64,000 nucleotides of DNA from Dudresnaya verticillata (lineage: Eukaryota), in assembly GCA_977862235.1 (NCBI GenBank), contig OZ374565.1, forward strand, positions 2,170,001 to 2,234,000. Reading direction: 5' to 3'. Positions within the stretch are counted from its first letter, which is position 1, and every line of letters starts with the position of its first letter. The position numbers and the translations under genes are program-made. Shown here in pieces: positions 22,979-34,402 of the stretch. Under the pieces are notes generated by a model. The model ran no database searches and had not been told where the DNA came from. It saw nothing but the letters and a program-made list of their open reading frames with translations.

Positions 22979-23944
22979 CACGGGACCTTGGGAGCAGAAA
23001 GTTGAAGGCCGTCGCTAGAAAGGCTGGGGGTAATGATGAGAAGCTGGAGGCGGTTGCTGAGTTGATGGCCGAGCGTAGGGAGTGTGTCCCGTCGCGGATC
23101 AAGTGCGCTGATATGGCCAGATGAAAACCTCGCGGCCAGGCGTCCGCTCTTACGAAGGGGGCCGTGTGGTGCAACGGCAAGGGGCCTCCGAAAACACGCC
23201 TGTCGACTGGGCCACGCCACCGAATTGGCCAACTCCAAAAAGACACTTGGCCGAAGTCGCTACTGTACAGCCACGCGGACGGCGGTGAACGCCGGCAGGG
23301 AACCACACGCATGACACGTGGGCCATACGTATGTACGTGTCAACCACGTGGCCAGCGCAAGGGAGAATGATCATATCTGGACGACAGAGGTGATCTAGAT
23401 CGGCCAATCAGGATCAAAACGGGATCGGATTACGGAAAAAGGATTTGGCTGCGCCACCACATCAAGGAATCAAGCACGAAAAAATCAAGGGAAATCTAAC
23501 TACTACAACCACTGATCGACTGACAAGTACTCGATTTAATTCGGTAGGGCTCTAATATTGGCCCGAAGCCAGGATACGAGGAGATATTTTGGGCCATGGT
23601 GAGTAACCTCGGCCACTAACTATAGACTAGCTCTGGATTAGCTTTAGGGGCCGATTTTGGGCCTACTTAGACGGCCACAGACTACGGCTCGGCCAGAATA
23701 GGTACGAAGCCGTCCCGCCAGAGGTTGGGAGTAAAGTTAGCAACTGAACCCCCTATTTGGCCTTTTTCTGTCCTCATCGCAGAATTTGGTCACGACTTCG
23801 TCTGCGCGCTCCCGCTCTACCACGCTTGCTACCGGCGCGCAGGTCCGTTCTACGTTCTGGCCAATTTTTGGTTAAATCCGACAGGTCTTTGTGGTCTTCT
23901 TGGGGTCTCGTTTGGCTGCCGTACGTGGCGGTGCTCTAGAGATA

Positions 23945-24472
23945 CTACACCGGCCACCAAGGCCCCGGTGCAGGTTGGTTGATTTGCGGGGGCCCACGCA
24001 TCCGTCTCGGTGTACTTGAGGAAGGATGTGGACTGGAAACCATCCTACGACTCGGCGTCAATACCGGTGTCGATGGTGTCCGTAACGGAATGGCCGGTAG
24101 GTCTGCCAAGCAGAGCTCCTCGCCACCACGACGGAACGCATCATCGCGCTCCTTGGTTGGCGCCTCTCTGTCACGGTAGGTCGCTGCACTCCCTGGTAGC
24201 ACGGTCCTTGTGGCTGCGCTCGCAGCAAACCGATTCGGATCATAGACAGACCACCCTCGGCTCGCTGATGGAGCCGGTGAAGGTTCCGTCACGGCAATGC
24301 TCGTACGACCGCCCGTCGCGGGTCGCGTCGCTGCCGCCGAGGAAGAAGCCGGAGCTTGCGTCGAAGCACCCGTAACGGTTCGCGCGCCCTGTGCCCGAGT
24401 AGTGGAAGCAGCGCGGGAACGCCGTGTCGGCTGAAAGGGCGACGGTGAGCGCTTGGTCTTCTCCCCTGACAT
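23945..24472 (-). CDS. second possible antisense ORF (S/T/P/R-rich)
   Basis: ACCATG start at 24472, 175 aa of low complexity next to the 3' LTR. Confidence 0.3.
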   Translation of the reverse strand: MSGEKTKRSPSPFQPTRRSRAASTTRAQGARTVTGASTQAPASSSAAATRPATGGRTSIAVTEPSPAPSASRGWSVYDPNRFAASAATRTVLPGSAATYRDREAPTKERDDAFRRGGEELCLADLPAIPLRTPSTPVLTPSRRMVSSPHPSSSTPRRMRGPPQINQPAPGPWWPV

Positions 24473-24598
24473 GGTGGGAGAAGCACGCACAAAGGGGAAG
24501 GGGTTGATGAGAACACTTCCGTATCGGGTGTGTGTGTGTTCGTGGGTGGAGAAGCGATAGTGATCCGCTACGGTGGGCGCCCGAGGACGTGGCGCCAT

Positions 24599-24613
24599 TT
24601 AAGGAGGGGAGTC
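24599..24613 (+). promoter_or_regulatory. polypurine tract
   Basis: AAGGAGGGGAG immediately before TGTGGT. Confidence 0.75.
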
Positions 24614-25865
24614 TGTGGTGAAGTGAGCCGTGGCGCGCATGCGGCCCACCGACGGCGAACCAACCGTAACGGGTGATGTGGCAATACGCCACGCTGATGA
24701 TCTGGAAACGTGTAACCGTGTCGGATGTTGTGTGCATTGCTGTACGCCGGTACGCATTGCTGTACAGTAGTGAAGCACACCAACCATACCGGAGTATTTG
24801 TAGTGTTTATTCTTTATTTTTAGTGAGTATCTGTACAGTATGTAGAGTAGTGCGCCAGCTAATGACAATGCTGCGCATGTCCGTGTCGGAGATTGGGACC
24901 AGCAGGGCCGATTCCACCATGGGTCCAGACCACTAGGGTCTGGCCCCCACGGACCGGACCGCTCGTTGCCACCCTGACTTGTATATCAGGGCGGCACCGC
25001 AGCGGCTCCTAAGGTAAACGGGTAAGCAACCTTAGCAATCCTTTACGGTTTTCCCCGCGCCGAGCCCGTTGCGGTCTACCACCACCACCGTTACGGAGTC
25101 CGTCCCGGCACTTGTACCACCCCCTTGTCTGTTCCCAATATCCGTCTAGGTTAGCCGCTCGCTGTTCTCCCGTTACGGTGCGAACTGCTCTACCACCCCG
25201 TGGAGGTAATGTTGCTCTCGTCCGTTAAGGAAAGTCAGACCAGCTGCCCGTCTCGGAGTTCGTGGGTTTTCACTGCACCAAATTCTGGTATGTCACCAAG
25301 TCCGTAAAACGTCCCAACATCGTGCACCAGAACTATCGGGAAGAGGGGAGCGGTGTGTGGCACACGGTGAAGAACTTCTCCGTGTAGGTGGCGGATGGGG
25401 TAGGAAGAAGACTTTGAATGTGTTCTTTGACGACGTCAGCCGGGGGTGAACCGCGGCGGTGTTTCCCGAGATTGTCTGTGGGTAGGTCTCAAGGATCGAC
25501 CGACTCACATTGAGCAGTTCCTCGAGGAATGGATCCTTCACCACGGCAGTTTCGAGTCTCTTCTTGATACGGCTATACTTCGTACTAGCCTGGGTCTTAG
25601 TGCGTACAGCTGCGCCATTGGACTTGGTGTCGATCGGTGTAGATCAGCGCTTCAGCTTGGACGGACTTTGTGTGGTTGAACTCGAGCGCGTCTTACGACA
25701 CTCGAATCCGGATTGTTGTGAGAGTCGTAGGGGCGCGCGGGTCGCAACAAGAGCAACCTTGTTTCTGCGACGCGAGGGGGTTAGCGAGCGAAGGGGTTAG
25801 CGGGGCGAACGGGGATAATGAGGAACAGGGGTCGGGCGGAACACCCTCGCAGTAGCCTGACCACA
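24614..25865 (+). repeat. 3' LTR (~1.25 kb)
   Basis: Begins TGTGGT after the PPT and ends ACCACA (6-bp terminal inverted repeat); TATA-like GTATATC at ~24981; right boundary inferred without a second LTR. Confidence 0.65.
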
Positions 25866-25954
25866 CTCTTAGTGATCTCAAGCTGTTTACTGTTCTGATT
25901 CGGTCGCCCGGGGGGGGGGGGGGGCACGAGGAGGAGGAAGGCGGTCGCTTTGTA

Positions 25955-26601
25955 CAGTCGATCCGCGATAATTGAATACTCGATAATTGTATAATTGCGG
26001 TATTTGCATGATAGATCCGACTCCCACCACGGGAGCCTTCAAATTTTAACCAAAAATCGGCCTCTATTCAAACTCGCTATTTGCATGGCTCAATCTCGAT
26101 CGCAGATAGTCCAGAATGAGCCAGGCAGGGGGATCAATGAGGGCTATGCCCTGCATGGCGCGCTGCAGTGTTGCAGATTTCTAACTGAGGACAAACCGCG
26201 CGCTTTTCAGGCTGGTTAATCGCCCGCCACATCGCAACCCATTTAAAACGGCGGGCGTCAGGCGGGACAGCTCACAACAGGCCCCTGCACCCCGGGCCGC
26301 ACTTAAGCCGTTGATATCGCGAAGCAAGTCCTAGGCGCGAACCCGGAGCATTGCGGGGCGGGGCGGGGATGCGCGCCATGAATCGTTTGCAGGCCGCTTT
26401 GCGACGCCAGAGGGCGTGCGCGGCAACCCAAACGACGCTGGATACGTTCTTCTCGCAAGTATGGGTATTCGGCACAGTCTATGAGTAAACGTCTTTTTGA
26501 TTGATACAGCAATGTAACTTACAGTACCGATAGTTGAATATGACCGCCTATTGCATAGGCGTCCCGGCAACCGTTAATATGCAATTATCGCGGATCTACT
26601 G
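25955..26601. mobile_element. Tc1/mariner-pogo-type MITE
   Basis: TIRs CAGTCGATCCGCGATAATTG / CAATTATCGCGGATCTACTG (1 mismatch in 20), TA on both sides, no transposase. Confidence 0.88.
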
Positions 26602-26997
26602 TATTACGTGCGCCGCCGGTATTCGCGTGAGCCCGTCTGGGTTCGCGCGAAGATGCAAAATACAAATAAAATTTGCCAGCTTTTGCCGCGCATCCTCCAG
26701 CGGCGTAACAGTTATCGGCCCAGTGATTAGGGCCCGCTAAGCCAACGACATGACCGAGCAGTCCTCACGAAGGAGCAAAGCTGAGGTTGACATGAGTTTG
26801 CTTTATTGTAGATTACAGTAACATGATGCATACAATACAGTTCTGCATGCAGTCTTGCAACAAGCTGTCTCCTGGATACTGGACGTGTATTCAGTGAGTG
26901 CTGACCATGCTGTGTCTGTCTCACTAGTTGGCGTCAACATCAATAGTCTGAGCGAACCAGGCAGAGAGGCAGCGCAGGCGGAGCCTGTCCTTTTGAA

Positions 26998-27222
26998 GTG
27001 CTCATTGAGATTCTTGCAAGATATTTGTTCGACAGTTGCTGGCATGCAGGCCACCCAGCCTGGATGCTGGATGACGGTGGCTCGCTGTACGTCTGTTACT
27101 ATCGAGCTTCTTGTAGGAGAGAGTTTCTAGAGTTTTACTGGGACCTCTTAGAAGGGGATCGAGGCTATTTCCTTGAATCACATGTAGCATGTGCGGTGAA
27201 AGCATTGAGCACTGCGCGTTAA
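26998..27222 (+). pseudogene. fragment of a dispersed decayed gene family
   Basis: EFLEFYWDLLEGDRGYF resembles EFVEFYYNILDEERGYF (58310-58495, minus); related DNA near 43040-43100 and 52920-52980. Confidence 0.35.
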
Positions 27223-29271
27223 TACAGGAGAGAGTGAGTTACGGAGAGACATTATTGTATGGGCGCCGGAAGACGCAAGAAATGTTGAAGTTTGATATGA
27301 AAGCAGTGCCAAGGTGGCGATTGCGCATCTGCGTACGCAACGCTAGGGTGTACGAATAAGAAAGTAATGTGTAACTGCATCCGAAGAAAAAGATGGTTGC
27401 GAGCAGCACTGTTGAGATTGTCCTGGAAAGGGACACCATGTTGATTATCTTGTCCACAGTTTTGGAGGACATCACAGGAAATAGTTGCAGAGACAGCCCT
27501 TCACGCGAAAGAGCGTGCTTGGCAGAGGGAATTCTGTTCTCCCCGGTGCTGCGAACGATTTGACTGCAGATCGGATGTTAGAAAAACTCGAGGAGTCTTT
27601 GCAAACAAGGACAAATTCCTCGAGCTATCAACATACGTTCTGCTGCGACAGCTGCACGCAGTTTCAACAAGCCCAAACAGGGCAATTTGAGAGAATTCTA
27701 CTGCGAACCAAAGGTCTTCACAGTGGATGTCCATGTGATGGTATGCTGCAACAAGTATTGTAGGTTCCCGCTATGTAGAGGCGTCTGGATGGGGGATGGG
27801 GCAATCGATGCTACGGGATGTGTTGTGACCGTCATGGGCCCCACACCTTGCTTGCTCGGGACGCCTCAGAGCGACCCCCAAGAAGCCAAGTAGTGTTGTT
27901 CACTCTAGTCTTGCTAGTTATTGGAGAATCGGACTTTACTGGACGGGAAAGGTTTTCCAAGTGGCACGTCAAACGAGGTGTGCCAACCGTCTTACCAATG
28001 GCAGACAGAGTAGATGTCGAACTGACGATGTTGCAAGAGGGTGCATCCGATAGCTGCAGTGCAAACGTACCACCAGGCAGGGCGACTGTAATCTATCACC
28101 GCATCGGGGCCCAGTTTCTCGGCATGGCGAGTCCTTGTCAAGTTGCTCACTTGGGTGGCGGGTATTGCATGTCACGGGATGCTGCCAGAAAGCGGTGATC
28201 CCCTGACAATCCCGTAGATGGGCCCTAGAGATAGGGAATCTTTATCAAAGCCGGTGACTGCACAGTGACCCATGATACATACACGGGTCTGTCACATTCT
28301 TCAACAGTCCCTACACGGCGAGGATGGGCTGGCACGAGATGCTCACACGCATGGCACCCAGAAATAGAAAGAATGTGGCGGGAACGTTACAGTACGCCAC
28401 GCATCGAAGCAAGAGGGAGACGGGGCGTCATCGACCACCCGCCAACCACGGCCGTTGATGGTAGGTGTTGATGTCACCATGACGTGCGCTATCGCTCCAT
28501 AGCGTTGACAAGCAGATACTTGACAAGTCGGGACCGAAAAGCCTGTCGGCCCCAGAAAGAGAACCAAACTGTAGCAGCTGCAACACAGACTATTCTGACC
28601 CACAAACTGTCACACATAACGCTGACGAGCGGAGAGGAGATGTGTCATTTTGCGTCATTTTGTAATCAAAACGGTACATGTACAGTATCGTAGCAGTCAC
28701 TTTGACAATGCTACTTACGCGACCTCTGTCCACACCAGACTGCAACAAAAAGCCGCAGACAGGTCTGGGCGGTGCCGCGATATCTGTCCAGCCTGCCCGA
28801 CCCCAAAATATGCTTCTGTTGTCGTACATCTCCAGCAACCCACAAGCATTTGCACACGCACAAGTCGACGCTTATGTGGCACGCAGCACCGCTCTGCTTC
28901 CTCCGCTGTATTCGTGGACGCTGCAGGAGGGACAGAAAGCTGGATCTGGCAGGAGGGAGAAATGTGTGACAGCGTGTGAGAGCTTTCTCCTCCGCTTGTT
29001 TTTATCGATCTGCTCCCTCGCGCTAGCAACGTTATCGAAGCGCCTTTGCACTACGTTGACATCAGTTTTCCAGGTTGATCCCTGCGGGCGGGCGTGCGGG
29101 CGTACACCTCTGTGACAACCTCGAGCAGGTGCTGTCGACATGCTGTTGCTTGGCACTGCTGGGTGCTTTCGAGAGCGTATGGGGGACAGTGGAAGCATGG
29201 AATACAGTTTTTGGTTGACGTTGGGGCAGTGATGTGGTGGTAGCATTCTGTGCTTCGGCCAGCCGGCGCAG

Positions 29272-29279
29272 TATAAAAA
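29272..29279 (+). promoter_or_regulatory. TATA box
   Basis: TATAAAAA ~110 bp upstream of ATG 29383. Confidence 0.55.
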
Positions 29280-29382
29280 GGGAGCAGGTGAGCGGAAGTT
29301 TTGAGTTACTCGCGGCACAGTTCAACCTAGTCCAAAGGCAAGATCAAAGTGAAGCAAGGCAAGAAGCACAACAACGACAAGG

Positions 29383-29724
29383 ATGACCAAGGCGGTGTTG
29401 ATCGTTCTTTCTGTGGCGTGCGCAGCCGCGGTGTGCTGCGCCGTGACTGTGGAGGTGGAGGAGGGGGACTTTGGGTTTGGGTCTGGCGGGGCCGTGGTGG
29501 ATGTGCACCAGAGCAGCAAGCGCAAGTGCGAGAACAAGTGCCGGTTCGGGAACAACGCGTTCAAGAAGGCGAAGAGGGCGTGCATGGGCGTGGCTGGGTG
29601 CCGCGTGCGGAGGTGCTTCAAGAAGATGGGCACGCGTAAGAGGCGCAGGGGTATGAAGTGCGCGAGGAAGGTGCGGAAGATGAGGGTGGAGACGCCGATG
29701 CCTACTGAAGAGCCTATGGCGTGA
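29383..29724 (+). CDS. secreted cysteine-rich cationic peptide precursor
   Basis: Hydrophobic signal peptide, acidic pro-segment, K/R-rich domain with six Cys, high GC3, upstream TATA. Confidence 0.8.
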   Translation: MTKAVLIVLSVACAAAVCCAVTVEVEEGDFGFGSGGAVVDVHQSSKRKCENKCRFGNNAFKKAKRACMGVAGCRVRRCFKKMGTRKRRRGMKCARKVRKMRVETPMPTEEPMA

Positions 29725-30880
29725 GGGGTGTTTTTTGCGTGGTGGTGGTGGGGTGTGGGTGTAAGGTTGTGAGGAATGGCTTGTTGGGTTTTGTTTATGG
29801 TGGTGATGGTGATGATGATGATGTTGTTGTTGTTTAGTTTGAGAGCTACGGAGCTAGGCGGGTTGTCCTTTTTGGGGCTCGGTAAAGTAGTTTGTGCGTG
29901 TGCGGTTGGATTTGCGACTGTGTCGGAATGATGTTGCAGCAAGCGTTGAACGTTGATTCCAGACGGGCAATGCAGGTGAGGCACTTGCGGAAAGGCGACG
30001 CATTGCAGGAGTGAAGAGGTGCGATGAATGGCGTTGCAGGTAGTTGGTAACTGAACGCGCGACGCATTTTGTTCTCATTGTTTTGTTGTCATTACAGTGC
30101 ATACCGGTGTGCTTGCGCATGCGCCATCGTCGCCGCACAAGAGCACCCGAAACAACATCACCTTAGATACCGTATGGACAGAGTTTCAAACGACTGTTCC
30201 CAAAAGACTTGCTCTCGTGCAGCAGTTTTATGGGACCCCGTTTTCCAAGTGGTCTGCGTCGGAAAGATATTGTTTTGGTTGCGCCTGTGTTGTTTGCAAC
30301 GCAGCTGTAGCTCTCTCCGGAGAATCTCTTCGTACAAAAGGCGTTTCTTTTGGTCCGCTTTGCGAGACCTTGTCCGTAATGAACGCAATCTCCCGAGGCA
30401 GTTGAATAGAGCACCAGGCCAGGCCGAACGCGGGATGCAGACAAGAAGCATCGATCGGCCTTCTCACTTCTGTACCGCTTTCGAGTGCGCGGTGCCACGG
30501 CGTGGAGCCACGGATGGCTTTTCAAGTCAGCAGAGCCATTGATTGGTACGCAAACTGTAACCGATACCAACCAACGTATTATGGACCAATAACATAATTC
30601 CGTGCGCGTTTTGCTTGACGCTGTTTCTTCCAGAAATAGCAATAAAAAGGCTCTCCAGCACACGAGAAGAAAGCCATTGATTGCAGACCAGTTGGTAACG
30701 AATAGCTCGTATCTACCGTTTTGCATCAATCACACAAACCGCTTGCCATTCATCTCCTCCAACCTTTCTCATCTTTATAAACCCCAACCGCAACCCAGCA
30801 ACCCCGCAACCCAGCAACCCCGCACCCCTCACCAAGCCCCCCGCACCCCTCCACCCCTCCACCCCTCCACCAACTTTCCG

Positions 30881-31375
30881 ATGCCCGCGCTCGCCGCTCT
30901 TCCCCTCCTCCTCCTGCTGCTGCTCTGCGGCGCGCCCGCGCGCGCGTCGCGCTTCCCAGCCGACGCCTACTTCTCGCAGCAGTGGGCGTGGATGTGCGTG
31001 GGGCGTCCGCGCCAGGTGCGCGCGGTGTTCGAGAACCACTTCAAGCAGCTCAACCGGTGCAGCGTGTCCGGGCTCAAGCGCGAGCGCACCCCGGCCACGC
31101 AGCTGTTCTTCGTGGCCGACGTGATCCGCGGCGAGCGCGCGGTGGATGCGGCGTTTTCCGGCTTTTGTAAGCCGCGTGCGCAGGGCGGGCTCAAGGGCCT
31201 CACGTTTACCGAGGAGAAGGCTTTTATTGTCGGAAACGTCATTAGCGTGCAGTGGGTGGCCGACGCCCCGTTTCTTAAGGAGCCGTATCGTGGCAGTGAC
31301 GCGTATGTCACGTGTGGGAGTAAGATGCTTACCATTGTTTCGTCGTTTGATGGCGCGGAACTCAAGTTCAAGTAG
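30881..31375 (+). CDS. secreted SnoaL/NTF2-like fold protein
   Basis: Signal peptide; VRAVFENHFKQLNRC...VIRGERAVDAAFSGF...SVQWVADAPFLKEPYRGSDAYV pattern typical of SnoaL-like domains; TATAAA at ~30776. Confidence 0.75.
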   Translation: MPALAALPLLLLLLLCGAPARASRFPADAYFSQQWAWMCVGRPRQVRAVFENHFKQLNRCSVSGLKRERTPATQLFFVADVIRGERAVDAAFSGFCKPRAQGGLKGLTFTEEKAFIVGNVISVQWVADAPFLKEPYRGSDAYVTCGSKMLTIVSSFDGAELKFK

Positions 31376-32286
31376 ATAAGTGCTGTGACTGTGTTGGTGA
31401 TGGCACAAGAGATCCTGTCTACAGGTAGAGAGCGGTCTATACTTTAGAGACTGCAATCTTACCAGAGTGCATCTTCTCCATATATATCAAGCACGTAGTA
31501 TTCCTCCGCCTGCCACCGCTGTGTGCTTTGCACAAGGATATATGCATTCCAAGTCGTAGAGATGGAACACCAAACTTATCGCGACGGCAGAAACACCCGT
31601 CTCGGTCAAGAGATAGTCGCAGAGAGATGACCATTATCAACCTCCCTAGAGTTTGCCTCCTTATTTTTCTGCTGCAGCTTGAACAAGCCCCGTTATTCCC
31701 CAACGCGTGCAGCTGCATGACGCCAGCACGCCAGCGCAAAAAGCGAGAGTCAACACGACGGGAGCAAAGCGGGCGCCGCAACCAGCCGCGAGATTCCCGG
31801 CGCGAATCCGCCTCCATCTGCACGCGTTGGCGGCGGCGGCCGACTGCGGCTGCGCTCGGGTGGCGACCGTCCCCGGGTCGTCCGTGTGTACACGTACGCG
31901 CGCGTGTGTGTGTGCGCCGGCTGCATCACACGGACGCTGGCAACACGCCGCTCCGCTCCGCTCCGCACTTGCGGGCAAGCGCCAGTGCCCTTTCTTCGCG
32001 GGTCGTGTTGGACTTGCAGGACCCGGCGCGAGAAGGGGCGCAACGCGCGCCTGCTTTACGCAACAGCAATGCTTCCCCGTCTGATTGCCAATACTGTAGC
32101 ATTTTTCAACGCATAACTGTACTCTATTGGTGAAGAGCAAGCAACCAACCATTTAGTGGCAACACGCCCTTCCACCCCCCCCCCTCCCCCCGCGCCCGTG
32201 GCGCAACCACCCCGCCCCCCGCCACCCCGCCACCCCCATCGTCCCATCTCTTTGCCACCTCTCCACCAACTGCCGTTGCTCACACC

Positions 32287-32288
<2 letters not shown>

Positions 32289-32318
<30 letters not shown>
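32289..32318. repeat. poly-C tract
   Basis: ~30 consecutive C upstream of ATG 32363. Confidence 0.9.
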
Positions 32319-32319
<1 letters not shown>

Positions 32320-32362
32320 CGCCCGCGCCGCAACCCCCGCGCCCGTGCCGCACCCCAGCGCC

Positions 32363-34402
32363 ATGCCGTTCGAAATAGGCATGGGGCTCACGCTGCTGGA
32401 GGCCGTGGTGGGCATCATCAAGAGCTCGTCGGACCGCCGCGACATGGATTACATCCGCGCGCGCGTGGACGAGATCTCCGCCGTGCTGCTGGACATCCAC
32501 GACCTCACGGCCAACCTGCACCAGGCCATGGTGCGCCGCGACGACCCGGACGTGGTGCGCTTCGAGACCACGCGCACCATCGCAGAGCCCATCTTCAGCT
32601 CGCACTGGGACCGCACGCTGCTCGACTTTGCGTCCGAGCTGCTCGCAGTCGTGTGTCACACCGCGCTCTCCGCCGTGCGCCTCGTCGTGCACGCCGCCGC
32701 GCAGGACCCGGAGACCGCCGTGGGCTACCGTCACAGAACGTTTGATGTCACCGTGCTGGCGTCGCGCTCCATCAGGGACAACTCGGTCAGCCTGTGCGAC
32801 TTTTTCAACGCGCTTTTGGACTATAACGACCTCTCCCCCATCCCCACAACGGTGCGTCCCAAGATTTCCGTCTTCCTATGCCGCGGCGACGCCTTCGACC
32901 TGCACCAGTTTGACCGCGTCAAAAGCAGGATTTCCGTCCGCCTGGCCCTGCTGAGCACGCTTGCGCTGGGTTGGAGAGATGACTGCCTGGGAACGCTCGT
33001 GGGTGACAACACCTTTCTTTGCAAGAAGGACAAGTTCATATTCAAGCATGTCCGTGACGAGGAGCTCTCGCACTCGCTCGTTACCACTGTCATGAACCGC
33101 ATGTTGTCGGGTTTGTACAAGGTGCCTGTGAACAACGCACTGAAGGAGGTGTTGCAGAAGGGTGTCTCCTGCGTCCGCGCCATCATTCTGTCCGAGTCCA
33201 ACTGGAGCCAAAGGCACGATGCTACAGGCTTCAAGATGTTCAGCGATAATATTCGCACGTTTTATGACAGCAAGGGTGTCAAGTACCTCGAGATTCTGAC
33301 AACACGGTTGAATGAGTGGGACCTTGTCAACTTGATGAAGGTTGTAGAGCTAGAAATGTCGACCAGCGTGCTCGTGTTTCGTTTTGAAACGCTCCAAGGC
33401 TTGGCCGAGTTGATATCTAAGAGCAAGGATATCACCGACTTGTTTGCAGGACTTACTACGGACAGGGATCGCATCATGTATGTTGATACGGTCTCTGAAG
33501 ACAACTTTGGGCAGATTCGCGGTTCCATTCAGTCGATTGCTCGCAGCTTGAGGCTTCTCGCTCCGCGCATGGATGCGGACATTGTTTTCGAAACGTACAG
33601 CTCCGAAAAGGCTGCGGCAATGGTGAGGGAACGGGCTCTTCAAATGCCCACCTTGGTGTGTTCGCGTTACGACGGAGCAAGTAGAAAGTATTTGGAAACA
33701 ATTGTGCACATCTTAAACAAGGACATACAAGGCAAGGAGGCCAAGGCAGAAAGCAATGAGATTATCAAGTTTCTCTTTCTGCTCAAGACTCCTTTCCGTA
33801 CAGGCGTCAAGGTTTTGACAGACCCAGGGCTTATTCTGGTTTCAAGAGGTGATGACACTGGGTTTGGATTCCGAAGCTCAGATATCTCGTTGTGCCCAAA
33901 GGAGTCGGACTTTGGTGGATTTAAGGATGTAAATGACAAGGCTCCTCTGACGGTGAAGGCCACTATCGAAATGGACAGCACGGCATCTGACCTCCTGGGC
34001 TTGAGCTCGGTACGGGCGTGGACAAACAAGTGGAACATTGTGAGGGACATGGAACGGCATGTGCAAGACGAGACCTTGTTTATGTCGGTGGCTGGCGACA
34101 GCACGGGGACATTGACGTCGAGACAGAAAACTGTTGTGACGGGGTTCAAGGTTACGGTTCTGGTGGGCGGGATGGATGAGTTTCTATTTGGAAAACTGGT
34201 TTGCTGCTGCATGGACGGGCTGCGCGAGGACGATAAGAACGGGACGCAGGTGGTGATCAGGGCGTTGCTCCGGCTGGTACCCAGCATTCAGGTAGCCACG
34301 CGTTGCTCGACGCGGCTGGTTTCAGGGTCCGGGTCTTCTCGGGGCGTTGCAGTGGTGCGGAGTCAGGCTTCAGGGCGGAACCAAGGTCGAAGCCAGAGGT
34401 AG
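32363..34402 (+). CDS. hypothetical 679-aa protein, paralog of 35844-37991
   Basis: GCCATG start, long intronless ORF; shares blocks such as LVFRFETLQGL and VTVLVGGMDEFLFGKLV with its neighbour. Confidence 0.85.
   Translation: MPFEIGMGLTLLEAVVGIIKSSSDRRDMDYIRARVDEISAVLLDIHDLTANLHQAMVRRDDPDVVRFETTRTIAEPIFSSHWDRTLLDFASELLAVVCHTALSAVRLVVHAAAQDPETAVGYRHRTFDVTVLASRSIRDNSVSLCDFFNALLDYNDLSPIPTTVRPKISVFLCRGDAFDLHQFDRVKSRISVRLALLSTLALGWRDDCLGTLVGDNTFLCKKDKFIFKHVRDEELSHSLVTTVMNRMLSGLYKVPVNNALKEVLQKGVSCVRAIILSESNWSQRHDATGFKMFSDNIRTFYDSKGVKYLEILTTRLNEWDLVNLMKVVELEMSTSVLVFRFETLQGLAELISKSKDITDLFAGLTTDRDRIMYVDTVSEDNFGQIRGSIQSIARSLRLLAPRMDADIVFETYSSEKAAAMVRERALQMPTLVCSRYDGASRKYLETIVHILNKDIQGKEAKAESNEIIKFLFLLKTPFRTGVKVLTDPGLILVSRGDDTGFGFRSSDISLCPKESDFGGFKDVNDKAPLTVKATIEMDSTASDLLGLSSVRAWTNKWNIVRDMERHVQDETLFMSVAGDSTGTLTSRQKTVVTGFKVTVLVGGMDEFLFGKLVCCCMDGLREDDKNGTQVVIRALLRLVPSIQVATRCSTRLVSGSGSSRGVAVVRSQASGRNQGRSQR

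Larger units (their letters stand above)
13985..25865 (+). mobile_element. Ty3/Gypsy LTR retrotransposon with chromodomain, 5'-truncated, with a long 3' region carrying antisense ORFs
   Basis: gag tail, slippery site, PR-RT-RH-IN-chromo pol, PPT and 3' LTR in order; no 5' LTR copy found upstream. Confidence 0.92.

Noticed and set aside
19853..22981. env-like gene
   Set aside because: Antisense to pol, with no signal peptide or transmembrane segment.
32156..32362. Pro-rich N-terminal extension of the 748-aa track ORF
   Set aside because: GTG start running through a poly-C tract; ATG 32363 has a better context.
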